From the human T2T-CHM13v2.0 reference genome, Homo sapiens, in assembly GCF_009914755.1 (NCBI RefSeq), contig NC_060929.1: DNA of 64,000 nt. One strand, written 5' to 3'. Within the stretch, counting starts at the first letter, position 1. Each line of letters begins with the position of its first letter. A program made the translations under genes and the position numbers. Below the pieces are notes generated by a model that was given only the letters and a program-made list of their open reading frames with translations, was not told the DNA's origin and made no database searches. Positions 26,171-41,517 of the stretch are shown one piece after another.

Positions 26171-27803
26171 GGCTGGACCAGGGTTCATATCATCACTTTA
26201 GCTTCAGTTTTGTCTTTATGGTACCAATGGGGAGCAGGAGGGAATAGTCTGAATTTTTTTCTCCTGTTTCTTAGAACTTTATGGAATTTTTTTTAGTTAT
26301 ATTATTCAGTATGCTTAACATTAACAATAAAAAGTGTTCATTTTACTCAAGGGAAATTGGCTTAATTTACTAATGCTTCCTATTTTGTTAATTTAAATTG
26401 CTGTGTACATTACTTTTGGTGGGAGGAAAGTCATTATTTTTATCAAAATGTTCAGTGGACCATTTTCCAGAGACAGCCTGTTAAGGCTGCCATTGTTCAT
26501 CATGAGAGTCTGAAAATGTTGACCAACTCTGCTATAAAAGCCTTAGGTGGGAGGCAGGAAGGTCTGCTGAGAACTCTCCAGGAATCACTACCCTGGATTC
26601 TAACCACAAGAATTTCAGTGGTGGCCTCACTCATCAGTAGGCGCCAAGGGTGTCTGAATGGAGGAGGTACACATGGACCACATACCTAAGAGATTCACTG
26701 AAGGTGGAAGAATGAGCCATGGCCAGAAATGAGCCTTTTTTGTCACACCATCAGTCCTCCAGATGTGTAAAGTAGGTCGTACAGCCTCAGCCACTATGCT
26801 GGTGGTCTTGGTCCTCACTCAGACAACAAGACAGTGGCAGCCAGCAGACTGGCATGATGGACTTAGGCAGACCTATGCACATATCCCGGTTCAGCTTCAC
26901 ATCCTGGTAGCTGCAGTACCTTGAACAAGTTATTTATTTGCCCAGAACCTCAGATCCTTAGTCTATAAAACGGGAATAATATCTACTTCCCATGGTTAGT
27001 TGAGAATTAGAGATGATGTATGCAAGTGCCCAGCAGAGCACTGAGCACCCAGAAGATGCTCCATAAATGAGGGCTATTATTGTTGTTGGATGGTGGGAAT
27101 ACTTGTCAGGCACAGCCTACTGTTAGGTGAAAGTTCTTGTCATTAGAAATGATGGTGCCCTGGCCTTTGACCTTTGCAACCTGCAAGCCCCTACAAAGGC
27201 ACTCTCTGGAGCTGGCTATAGGACAGCAGTGGCATGGAAGAGTTCTCAGGCTGTACACACAAAAACAAGATCCTTGCAAATGAACAATGTATTAATTCCA
27301 GTATGTAACCATTTTAAGTTTTAGTCATAGATTAAGACAAGAACTTCCCTGTTTTCTGTACAGTGCCCTTTCAACTCTTTAGCTCTTTATACTTTACCTT
27401 ATGATACTTCATTCATCCTTTTGCATTTATTCATTTATGTATTTACTCTTTCAGTTGCTCTTTCCTAAATCTCTGATGTGTGCCAGTGCCTAACCCTAGG
27501 CCCTGGGGATACAGTACCACAGGAGTTTGCAATCCAGTCTCCTCACCCCACTGCCATTGCAATCATCACCCTGTACTCATTCAAGTTGGCTTTTTCCATT
27601 TTCTCAGCCTTTGCTCCTATTTCTCCAACCATCCTGCTCTTTGATAAGGTCCAGCCATCAGATTCTAGACCCACTGAGCCTTCAACTTTCTTAGAAAAAA
27701 ATACAGTTCACTCTCTAGCAGTAAAGCATCCAACACAAACCACATCTTTGTCTATTCTATTTCAGCAGGAGACAGAACAGACGGGGTTTAAATTGGGCAT
27801 TTC

Positions 27804-28735
<932 letters not shown>

Positions 28736-29519
28736 GAAAGTATGACACAGCGTATTTGGGTAGGAAAGTCCAATTTGCTTTATGCTTGTGCTTTACATCC
28801 CATGTTAGGGTAGAAGAATAAGAGAAGAGTTGGGGAATGAACAGAGATACAGATCACACAACATTGCTTTGTTTTACTTTTCCAGGTCAGATATTTGTAG
28901 AGTAATTTTGTGTTTTATTTAGAATTACAGGTTTTCAGAACAACAGAAACATTGTCATTCAAAATCCTTACAAATAACATGTGCCAGATCAAATAAGGAT
29001 GCTTTCTGAACTGTTTCCTATTTTGGTTGTATATGTGTCTGTGTTTTACCTTAACCCTCAACAAAGTTAGATAGTTGTGAAGAGACTATAATCTCATTTA
29101 TCTGTATCTAATCAGGACATGAATTGGGGCCCTTCATTGAGCGATGAAATTCCACTGGGCTAGACCTGAGAGAGTAGCTGCAGTAGCAGTGAAGGAGCAG
29201 TAGATTGAATGCCTACTATGTGGCAAGCACAGTATCAAATGCTTGATATATATCAGAGAAGTTATTCCTCACAGCAGCCCTTTGAAGTAGCTGTTATTGT
29301 CCTCCATTTTATATGTAAAGAAAGAAAGGCTCAAATAAGTGAAATGACTCGCCCAATGTCTCAAGTTAAGTGGCAGGGCCAGATTGGGGCTCCATTCTGA
29401 TTGGCTCCAAAGCCTGGCTTTACCATACCACGTTGGTTTCTCTTCATTGAGAGAAATTTCCTAAAACTCCTGCCAAATCCTGTGGGAAGAATGGAGGAGA
29501 ATGAGGAAGCAGCTGAGGC

Positions 29520-29660
29520 GGTGTGGGGCATGCTTTTCCTAAGTGGACCAAGTCATACAACTCTGCCTCAGAAATGGGCCCTTTCCTGGTATGGCAGAAT
29601 AGCTGCTCAGGGTAATGCAGTAGATATCGTATGTGTTTTCAGACATAGGCCCTAGAAAAT
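29520..29660 (+). mobile_element. L3/CR1 reverse-transcriptase fossil fragment
   Basis: Frame reads ALSWYGRIAAQGNAVDIVCVF, resembling CR1 RT NLISFYDRVT..DQGNAVDIVYLDF. Confidence 0.55.
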
Positions 29661-31059
29661 GTAGCCTAGGTTGGGCACATTTGTTTAATTTTATTTTATT
29701 TAGATATAGACCTCCAGAAGCTGGGCAGATTTGAAACAGCCATTCCAGCCATCCCTGTAGCAGTATTGGAAGTGAGCAGAAGTTGAAGGATTGGAGCCCC
29801 AGCTCACGCAGCCATTCCTTGTACCAAATACTGATGGTACCTTGTGACTCACCGTGGGCCGGGTGGTGCAGAATTGCCAAGAGCTGTCTCCTTTTAGTAT
29901 TCCTGTATTTGTGTCGTTAACCACAGAAAGCCTCCCACCAGAGATTTCATATGACCTGGGAAGTGATTCTGTGCTTAAGCATTTCATCCAGTATTCTTCC
30001 ACATGCCCCTTCTCCAGAGGAATTTGCCCCCATTGGTTGGCTGTTTCCCCCATACCCTACTGTAAGATATTACAAAAAATAATTCTGGATATGGGTTGCC
30101 ATGTCAGTACCATTTAAGCTGATTTGCTCACTAATTTTCGTATTTCCAAAAGAATAAAAAAGAAAAAAAAATCACCCATTTTAGCACAGTTTATTTTTAG
30201 AAAAGTGTTTTATTCAAACATATCCTTACTTATTACAGACATAAATACATGCATTCAGACAAATGAATACACAGGAGAACCATATAAAGTAATTGGCGCA
30301 TCACTTCAAGATGCTTTTTCAGTTACTGGAGGAATTTGATGCCTCTAACTTTAATCTTTTCCATTAAAATATCCGTTCTGCCTTCAGATTGTGAAGCCCA
30401 TAATATTTTAGACTGTCTAGATGGATCTGTTAGTTTTGCTTGTCAGTTTAATTTGTGGCTCTATGACTTTGGGTGGCTTGTTAGATTGTACATGGAAACT
30501 CGTGATCTGCAAATGATGTTCAACATCCCAAGCTTAAGTCCTCTCCCCAGAGAGACTGGACATACCATAAATATGCAATTGGCAGATTTCATTTGTAACC
30601 AGCCTAATTGATATGATGATGTATAGAATGGCAGACGTTTAGAACGGCAAAGAAGCTCATTGCTGTTACTATATCCCTTAAATGTTTATAGCACTTTTTA
30701 CTCTTTGCAATGCATTTTATGTACACTATCTCATTTGATTCTCAGAGCTTCCTTGTGCTGGATTATTATTTCCCTCCTTATAGTTAATGAAACTGAGACA
30801 CAGAGAGAAGTTCAGTAACTTGCCTGAGATCACAGGATAAATTGGATTTCAAAAAATACCAGAGGACAAAACCAACTGTGTTCCAAACAAGCCAGGCCAC
30901 CAAAGCCCAGTAAGGGATGGTGTGTGCAGTGGTCTTTGCCACGTAATTGCCGTTTCCCCTGCCCTCTTTTGGGGAAAGGAGTTCTGGAGCTGTGGGAACA
31001 GAAGAGCTTAGAGGTAGGAGGTAAAGAGTCCAAGAAGCAGAAACTATCATCAGCTCCAC

Positions 31060-31710
31060 ATGAATGACAGAAACCTGTTTCACAGCCACTTGCCTGGACT
31101 ATCGCAGCAGCCTCATCCCTGGTCTTTCTCCTTTAGTTTCACCTGCACAGTACACATTCTACATGTCCCCAAAGAGATCTTTCTTAAATGCAAATCAGAG
31201 CATGTCTCATCTGTGCTGCAAACATATCACTAGCTCCCCACTACCATCAGGATGAAGTCCAGATTCCTCAGCAGGGTCTTCCAGTCTGGCACTGGCGTCT
31301 CACCTCTGGCCCACCTCTCTTCTCTCCTGTCATGCTAAGTTTCTTACCATGGCAGAACCCTTTGTGTGCATCCCCACCCTCCTTTTTTGATGCCTTCTTT
31401 GCTTAGAACACATTTATAATGAACTCTTTAAATGTTACCTTCTCCGTGCAGTCTTCCCTGACTTCTCCTCAAGGACCCAGAGTCATCCCTGCCTCCTCGC
31501 ATGCCCACTGCACTTTGCCCAGCCCTATTTCCTGTTATTTCTCTCCTAAGTAGTCTCCCCCAGGAGGTTTCAAACTACTTAATGTCAGAGGTTGTGGTAA
31601 ATGCCTGTATAATCTTATCTCCCCTATGGATCTTACAGGCTGAATTTAAGAGAACGGATGAGTAATGTACATGTAGGAATGAATGAGTGAGTGAGGGAAT
31701 TAGTGAACGA
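31060..31710 (+). mobile_element. L2 LINE fragment
   Basis: cttgcctggactatcgcagcagcctc…aaatgcaaatcagagcatgtc…ends in (gaat)n-like tail. Confidence 0.65.
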
Positions 31711-32222
31711 AGAGTGAAGAGAAACCTCGAACAGCCTAAGCCAGCAGGAAACATGATGTTCCAGGATCACATGGAATGTGTCCCATTCCCCTCCCTCTCT
31801 CCAAGAGGGGCCATGGAGAGATTTCATCTCTCTATAACATAACCTCTTAGGTGAAATAGGAGGCAGACAGGAAGGTGAGCTGAGCTTTTGCCTGGTGCCC
31901 TAGCATAGAGGAAAGCATATCAGGGTTGAGAGGCAGGGACTGATCATCTTGGCCCAGTGACCTCTTGACTTATGCCCATCTGGAATGTTCTCACCAAGGC
32001 TTTCAGAGGTAGAAGCTCTTCCACAGGGAGCTAGCTGGGGGTCTTTGCCAACAGTTTCTACAGGCAGCCTTATAAGCTTCCAGAGTCTAGACCGTTTGTC
32101 CAGAAAGAGCTTTCATAGCTGTTAGCAAGATGGAGGGGTGGAATCTGAGCACATGAAAGGCCTGGGATTAGGGGGAACTCTGAGACAAGGCATCTCAATC
32201 TTTATGTGATTCTATCTTCTAG

Positions 32223-32321
32223 ATGATGTCTGTCCTCATGAACACCATTGTCTTTGAAGACTGTCGGAACCAGTGGTCAGTATCCAGGCCTCTCCTGGGG
32301 CTCATCCTGCTCAATGAGAAG
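32223..32321 (+). CDS. RANBP17: RANBP17 coding exon ([33 protein letters not shown])
   Basis: Acceptor tcttctag, donor AAG|gtgagt, 99 nt; contains the exportin-7-family [19 protein letters not shown] motif. Confidence 0.95.
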
Positions 32322-34226
32322 GTGAGTGTGATTGCAGGAAGTCACGGGAGGTGGTCCCTGGGAGAAGAGAGCAGCTATAAGCTAGGGTGAGCTGTGATGA
32401 CGAAGGACAGAGGAGCAGAGCCAATTGAATTTGAACTGGGACCTTGCGAACTCTGTGAGGCTGTATTCCCCTACAAGGCCCTTCCCCAAAGGCCTCAGAT
32501 CTTCTTCAGGTAAGCAGAGGCCTCAAAACGAGTGCTTCTGGAGCCCAGAGCCCCCACTCACCAGGTGGGTGGTTTGCTCAGTAGTATTTCCAGCTTGCCC
32601 TCACTCCACTCCCCTGATTCCAGGAGAATTCTGAGCAACAACCCTTTTTGCCTTCCTTGGCCACCCTTTATATCTGAGATCCCCACTGCCCTAGGTGGTG
32701 ACAGCAGCAGCCCATCAGGCATTCCTCACAGAACCAGCACCCTTCATCTGGGGAGCACACATCTCCAGCTTCTTTGGAGGACTCACCACCTGGGCTACCT
32801 CCCAAGCCTCTCCAGCTTCCTCTTGAACCCACACATCTCCCTAGTAGTAGGAACAGTGCATTACAGCTTGGGAGAATGAATTGTCTATACAATAAGATAG
32901 TACTGGGGAAAAAGACAGTGAGATTAGAGGCAGGTGCATGCATTAAAATTCAAACTAAAATCCCAGCCTTGGAAGGAAACTAATAGAAGAAGAAAATATA
33001 TCAAAAAGAGAAGAGCTGTCTCATCATTCACCTGTGCTGAAGTATCCAATTTTAGCCACATTCAGTAGCACTGTCATTCATCTTCCCTCGGTGTTATTGT
33101 GATTTAAATCCAAGCTCTATAAAAGAGAGCAGTTCTTTTAAAATGATTGAGAGGGAATAAGGGCAAATTCAGTGTTTAGAAAAAGCTTATGACATCACAA
33201 TATTATACTTTACTGATGGAGGCAATATTTCACAGTTTAGGATGAAAAACTAATAATTTTCTATTTGGTGTGAGTCACTGCATCATTATAAAAGGGAAAA
33301 ATAAGTAGTTTTGTGCATTCCCAATCTTGTTCAGTAAGACATTGTGGTTTAAGTATAATGCCTCTGATATATAGTATTTAAGTATTAGTCTGACTACATA
33401 TTAATTATGTGTGTTTTTTGATGTAAGCTGTTTTAATGTATGATGGAAATTAAATATCATGCTTTTGGGGCTGGGAAGAATAAATGCATGACTGGCAAAA
33501 TGTTGTCTTTGTGCTGAAATTAGGCTGTTTCCAATGATTAGGAGCTGTGTTTAGTATCAGAACTTGTGTGTGTATAAAAGCCCACAGTCCTCAGCAGAGA
33601 AGAAAAGGCTGTGCAGGTGTTTGTGAGCAGGCCTGACAGACATTTTCCTTAGTGCCACAAAGCTCTCCCCAAACTAAAGCACGCCCCTCTAGTACCCCAC
33701 CTCAGAGGAGTAAACCCATTCTAACCCCCAAGGACAGAGACTTGGAAAAAAGCCCAAAGTCATTTAAGGAGTGACTCACTGAAGCCAGGAAAGATGATAA
33801 GGCCTGAGGAAAGACCCTTGGCCTTGCCTTCAGTCACTTAAAATGCTCCCTGGGCATTTTTAGTTATTTTCTTCAGTCTGGGGGCCCCTCCCATTTCAGT
33901 CTTTCTGTGGTTAGTAGAGATGAGAGTCAGGAAAAGCATGCATTCAGTCCCCCACAGAGGAGGCAAGGACTTCATCAGCCTAAGCAGTGACACTAGAACA
34001 ATTACAGCAAGACATTTTATGGAAGGCATCATAGAATTGATAACTAGGAGTGTCTCTATGGCATGGATTTTCTCTAAGGGCTTAAAGTTCAAAGTGGACC
34101 TAGACAAAAACTCCTCTGAGCATTAGTGAGCCCTGAGTAGATGAGAGCTGCTCTATCCATCCCCTGCCAGCTGTCTTCAGGCGGGACTTGGAGTCGGAGC
34201 TCTGACACTATTCTGTCTCCCATCAG

Positions 34227-34354
34227 TATTTCAGTGAACTGAGAGCAAGTTTGATAAACAGCCAGCCCCTCCCCAAGCAGGAGGTCCTTGCCCAGTGCTT
34301 CAGAAACCTAATGGAAGGAGTGGAGCAGAACCTGTCCGTCAAGAACAGAGACAG
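34227..34354 (+). CDS. RANBP17: RANBP17 penultimate exon (YFSELRASLINSQPLPKQEVLAQCFRNLMEGVEQNLSVKNRDR)
   Basis: Acceptor ctcccatcag, donor AG|gtgagc, 128 nt, in frame with neighbours. Confidence 0.95.
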
Positions 34355-34754
34355 GTGAGCATTGCCCAGTAGTGTGTCACTGGGGGAAGTAGACATTCCA
34401 GGTTTGTTGAAAATAACTCTCTCGTGCTTGACACAGCTCACACATGGATGTCCCTTTTCTGTTACACCTTGTGATCCTAGACTCAGTTCCATTCCATTCA
34501 GTAAATATTGTTGGTTATTTGCTTTCCTCCAGGCGTCATACTAGGCATTATACAGGGATGCAGAGATTAATAAAATGTAGTCTCTGCCCTTAAGCAGTTT
34601 ACAATTCAACAGGAGAGATATGAAAAAATAACTGTAATTGAAAGATCAAAAGAAGGAAAGTGCAAATCCACTATGGAAAATGAAGAAAGACTTCTTGGCA
34701 TTTGAACAAACATAGGCCTTGAGGTCAGACAGACCCGAGATACAGCTGAGTTAG

Positions 34755-34968
34755 GATCCTGACTATAGCTAACAATAATGTATTGTATATTTCAAAGTAG
34801 CTAAAAGAGAGGATTTGAAATGTCCCCAGCATATAGAAATGATAAATACTCCAGGTGATGGATACCCTAAATCCTCTGACTTGATCATTACACATTCTGT
34901 GCATATAACAAAATATTGCATGTACCCCATAATGATGTAAAAATATTATGTATCAATTAAAAAACAAA
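34755..34968 (+). mobile_element. L1 (L1MA-like) 3' end
   Basis: aataatgtattgtatatttcaaagtagctaaaagagaggatttgaaatg…ctgacttgatcattacaca. Confidence 0.8.
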
Positions 34969-34970
34969 TT

Positions 34971-35335
<365 letters not shown>

Positions 35336-36186
35336 TTAACTTCTCTACTCCTCAGGTTCTTTACCAGTAAAATGGAGATGATGATAATCAGTTGTGATGT
35401 TTAAATGACAGAACGCAGTGAAACATGGCACCTGGGACCTATGACCTACAGTATTAGTTTCTCCCTCTGCCTGTTCTTTAAGAATGGCTGGTATCTCAGT
35501 TGCCAATGAGATCTAAATGAAAGGAGATAGGTTCAGGCTTATCAGCTAGGTCTGACTTCATTCATTCATTCATTTAGTTCACAAAACTTTATTCAGAATC
35601 TACTGTGTAGGCATTGGGGTTACCAGTGGTAAACCAATTATTTAAGGTTCCTCCCCCTCATGGATCTTACATTCTAGTAGAAAAGACAGACAGTAATGAA
35701 TGATGGAGAAAAAGCATGTGTTCAGGGGGCGAAAAAAAAGGCCTGCACCATCCTTTTATAAATGTGGTAGCATTCAAATGCTGCTCCATTTGAAATGCAA
35801 ATCATCAGTCATCCCAGTAGCCACAGTGTATTCTGGAGTTACCAGCCTGGGCTTTGGTAATACATGACCAAGTCAGTTGGGGTATGCAGACATATTCCCT
35901 TGACTGCTCACTTCAAGATCCTCTATCACGCAGAAAGGGACAACCTCAGAAGCCAGCAGATGAGAGTTGAATGGGGAAGCCCTAGGTGTCTCGGTGGAAA
36001 TTACTTCACCTAAGGCTTGGAAATTTGTGTACTGCGTCCTGAGCTGCTCTGTGAAATGATGGCAGGTGGCCCTCGTAGTTTAATGAGAGTAATAGGCAGT
36101 GAAGACTGACTTTTTTCCGTGTACCAGGCACTGTGTTGAGTACTTACAGGCATACAGGCATTGCCTCAAACTGACCCAATAAATTC

Positions 36187-36497
36187 TTTTTTTTTTTTTT
36201 TTTTTTTTTTTTTGAGACAGAGTCTCGCTCTGTTTCCCAGGCTGGAGTGCAGTGGCGTGATCTCAGCTCACTGCAACCTCCACCTCCCAGATTCAAGTGA
36301 TTCTTCCCACCTCAGCCTCCTGAGTGGCTGGGATTACAGGTGCCCACCACCACACCTGGCTAATTTTTTATATTTTTAGTAGAGACGGGGTTTCACAATG
36401 TTGGCCAGGCTGGTGTCAAACTCCTGACGTCAGGTGATCCACCCGCCTTGGCCTCACAACGTGCTGGAATTACAGGCATGAGCCACCGCACCCAGCC
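36187..36497 (-). mobile_element. AluS SINE
   Basis: Poly-T then reversed dimer; TSD taaattct. Confidence 0.9.
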
Positions 36498-37101
36498 TAA
36501 ATTCTCACTTTCTGCAATCCCTTGAGGTAACTACTCATATTAGGTACCAAGACAAGAGGTTAAGTATTCATCCAATATCACCGGACTCATAAGTGGTAGA
36601 GCTAGGATTTGAACCCAGGTAGTCTAACCCAGTGCCCCCTCTTTTTCAGCTACTAAATTCAGTTTTCTCTCTGTAAAATGAGGATACTCATACCTACCTC
36701 AGGGAAGACTTGTGATGACTAAATGAGTTGATCAGTAAACTCAATCCAATGCCTGGCATATAAACTTTTGTTCTTTTTTTTATAATCCTTACTATCTATG
36801 TGTAATTTAACTTTTCTAAAATTGTTTTTTAAAAGTAGAACCACAAAATGTACACCTCAAGATGGTCAGAGTGAATTTAGTGGCAACCCTGTTTTCCAGG
36901 AAGAGATGAGGGGTTGGCAGTACTGGTGGCAGAACAGCAATGGCGGTGAAAGTGGAGAGAAAGGAGCTCAGCTGAAATCTAGAGCCGTCCTCCAGGAGGG
37001 GGCTCCCCAAAGTCCTGAACTCCAAAATGGCCTTATCGTCCAGAAATTCATGGAGGCTTTGCCTCATTACTACCCTTGACCCTTTCTTCCTCTTTCTGCA
37101 G

Positions 37102-37198
37102 GTTCACCCAAAATCTGTCTGTATTCAGAAGAGATGTGGCAGAGGCGTTGCGCAGTGATGGCAACACTGAACCATGCAGTCTCGACATGATGAGCTGA
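37102..37198 (+). CDS. RANBP17: RANBP17 last coding exon (FTQNLSVFRRDVAEALRSDGNTEPCSLDMMS*)
   Basis: Strong acceptor ctttcttcctctttctgcag; completes split Arg codon; TGA at 37196-37198. Confidence 0.95.
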
Positions 37199-37497
37199 CC
37201 CGACTTTTCTGACCATGTGCGGAGCAGCCTTTATCAAGAGACTCCTGAAGGTCTGGGTCTCAGGACAGTGATGTTGGCTAGCCCAGGGGAATGTATTTTT
37301 CAAAACATACAAGCAACAGCAAAAGCCCTAACTTCTTATACGTCTAGCCTAATTATAAGAATTTCTAACAGTACCAGTGTAAATTCAGTCTTTTCTCTGA
37401 AAAGCAAAGGATGTGTTTTCAGTCTTTCTATCAAATATTATCTTTGTTCTCCTAATGCTCTGAAAGGATGTAGAAACAATATTTAACCAAAGAACGT

Positions 37498-37503
37498 AAT
37501 AAA
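37498..37503 (+). terminator. RANBP17: Proximal polyadenylation signal AATAAA in the RANBP17 3' UTR
   Basis: Canonical hexamer 300 nt after the stop, followed by GT/T-rich sequence; a distal non-canonical AGTAAA lies at 38325-38330. Confidence 0.55.
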
Positions 37504-39274
37504 CCAGGTTTGCACCTAAGTGTGTACTAGTTTATGGTTCTGCAGTCAAGGTTGTCAATTTGTTGGAGATGCAGCCTTCACCTTGGATCCTGGATTGAGA
37601 CGAATGCCATTGGAACCTGTTAAATGAGTAGTTTGTTATGTGTCTGGAAGAAGCAGCGTTAGGGACTTTGGGCTGTGAGCATTTAGAACGAGCCTGGAAG
37701 CACTACAGAGCATCCCACAGGACCACACGCAGGCCTCCCTGCCTCAGCTGCATCTGATAAAGTTGAGAGACAGTAACACAATTAAATGACTTAGAAACAA
37801 TGTTTGCTTTTCACTGGCATAAATCTGAAGTGGTTCAGTCTAGAAGAATTAAGCTGTGCAATTACTGCCTGCAGAGATATTTCTTCAGGAGGAGTCATGT
37901 AGCCCCAGTCAGAAGTTCTGGGTGGTGCCAGCACCCAGTCCTCTGCCTCCATTTAATTTTTAAGAGAAGGTGAAGGTAACTATTAGAATATAATATTTGA
38001 AGCAGCTCTGCCTTCTTAGGGCTACCCAAAACAGTTCTAGGTGCTAAAATTCAGATTTTCAGAGGATGAGAAATAGCTGGTTTCCAACTCTCCACAAAAA
38101 CTCTTATTACTGTTGGGACTTGGGATTCTGACTTACCCCAAACCCAGAACATGAAGAAGACCTTTACAGTTTGTGCTCTACTGTTACTAGGCTATTAATT
38201 TGAGATCGTCCACTGTCAAGTGTTTTACTATCTCACTGCTGTTTTTATGATTCAGGCTTATAACAAATATTGTATCCTTTATTTCTGATAAGACATGAAA
38301 GGTTGGCCTTACTGTTGAACAATAAGTAAATCCACAGGCTCCTGTTGTAATCTCATTTCTCAGACTCATGTTTCTTGAAACCTTTCTTGAGAGTTGAGTT
38401 TTGCAATAGGCTTGTCATATAAGAGCAGAGTCATCAAGCTTATCTCAAAATGCTTGTCTTCTGTGTATGAAGGAACTCAGGGGAAAATACGTTACCTATG
38501 GGGTTACTTCTAGTATTTAATGGATAAATAAGCTTGGGCCTTACACTGTGTTTCATTAGAAATGGGAAATATAATTTTCCTTGAGAAGGCAAATTCTGAA
38601 TTCTGTAAAAACATCAGCTGTTCAGAGAAGTTTGACATGAATTTCTGTTTCTTGAAGGCTTATAACTGCACACTCACCTCACAGAAATGTGTTAAGGCAA
38701 GTTTGTCCCATTCTGGCACTGTTTTCTTTACAAATGTCTAGTATCTAAAAGCACCATATTGTTTGCATTAAAGTGTTCACCAGAAAATGACCATGGGCAC
38801 TCGCTTCTGCTTGCCACACTGCCAGAGGTCACCTGGTGGTTTCATAGCAGACAAGAATGGCTCCATCAGAGTTGGCCTTGGAGAGCTAGCTGTTCTCAGA
38901 GGACCGGTCAGGCCTGCCCCACTGCTGACGTCTACAGGACCTGCTAGTAGAGCTGGCCTCGCAGAGCACACTGCAGGCAGCATGCGTCAGCTGGAGAAGA
39001 CTCGGCAGACGGTTACTGAACATCTCTCTTGCCCTTTACATACGTGATCTCTTCCAGTCCTCACAACAGCCCTCTAAAGTTTAGACAGCATTAGCTCCAC
39101 TTTGCAGATAAGGAAACCGAGGCCCAAAGATGGTGTCTATAGCTTACATGGGTCACACAGGCAAGATTTGAACCCAGATCTGTTTCACCTCAAAGGAATT
39201 CCTGGCCCCTTGTAAGGAAGACCTGTATTTCAGAATGGTGAGTTGAAACCAGTTAATATTTAGGTCCATTATCA

Positions 39275-40040
<766 letters not shown>

Positions 40041-41207
40041 CTCTTGTCTGGCCATTGCTAGAGAGGTTGAGTTTTAGCTGTAAATTTCTTTCTTAGAACC
40101 TGGAAAGGAACCCTTCTTTTCCTTTAGAGGGTCAGGTTCCATTCTGAGCCCTTACTGAGGGAGGAAGAGGAAGTGGGGAAGCTGGGATGTTTAAGGATCA
40201 CACATACTGCACACTCATCCCACAGTGGATGAGAACCAGATTTGGGACTCTGCCTCCAAGACTGCCGGAGTCTGCCTTGGTGAGGGACAGTGGGATTCTT
40301 GAGAACAGACCTGGAGTTCCACGTGGGAGTGGACCCTGTAGGGACATCCTGTCTCAAGGAGAAAGCATGCACAGACACACAAACCTATGGAGGCCATGTG
40401 AAAGACGACTAATGGGGCTGCTGGGTCTAATCAGATCACACGTGGATCCAACTTAACTCAGAGTGAACAGCAGGAAAAAATAGTGCTGGCAGTTCCAAGG
40501 GGCCTACCACTTCACAAATGTGCTCCAAGAGGATGAGATGGGCTGCTGTTTGCACACCCGCCCTTCTGATGGGATTCTAGTGTACAGATAGATGGATGGT
40601 TCATGCAATGTGGGTGCCAAGTCAAGCCAGCTGCTTCAGGGATGCTCAAGCAAGAAACAGTCGGAAGGGATTTTTACTTTGCTCAATTTTTGCCTTCCAC
40701 ACTGACTTCAGAACCTGGCCCCTGAGAAAGATGTATTCTGCCTGTATTCCGGATGTTTCTGTTATTCTGTTTTCCAATCAGGCTTCTTTAGGATGGGGGA
40801 CAAAGGAGTGTAGAGTCCCTGCACTGAGTGTGATTATCCGAACTGCGCAGAAAAACCCTCCTAGCCTTCTGGACTCCCTTCTATTGGCCCTGACAACCTA
40901 GAAGTACCTACGGATTATGGTAGTGGGGGCCCCTTTCAAAATGCAAAAGTGGCTTGCCATGTAGCTGTTAGCTGAGATTAGTGACCAGATTAGCTGACTA
41001 CCAACAGCTGCACATGAGAACCAAAAACAGAGTGGATTTGGTGAGAAAAATTGAAGAAACTGAAAGATCTGGCATATGGGAAACCCGATCTAGATGTTCA
41101 GCAGTTTTGGGGAAGTCCTATTTGAGAGAACTCAGCTCCTTATGATGAGGAGGGAAAGGAGTGCCTGAAGAGAAAAGCAGGGCAGAGTAAAAAGGGAGAA
41201 AGTAAAT

Positions 41208-41517
41208 GTTTGTTTTTTTTGTTTTGTTTTTTTTGTTTTAAGACAGGATCTCACTCTTGTCTAGGATGGAATGCAGTAGCATGCTCACAGCTCACTGCCG
41301 CCTCAACCTCCTGGGCTCAAACAGTCCTCCCACCTCTGCCTCCTGAGTAGCTGAGACTACAGGCCCATGCCACTGCACCCAGCTAATTTTTGTATTTTTT
41401 GTAAAGACGGTTTTGCCATGTTGGCCAGGCTGGTCTTGAACTTCTGGGCTCAAGCGATCCACCTGCCACAGCCTCCCAAAGTGCTGCGATTACAGATGTG
41501 AGCCACCACTCCTGGTC
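41208..41517 (-). mobile_element. AluJ-type SINE
   Basis: Reversed dimer with J-type motifs. Confidence 0.88.
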
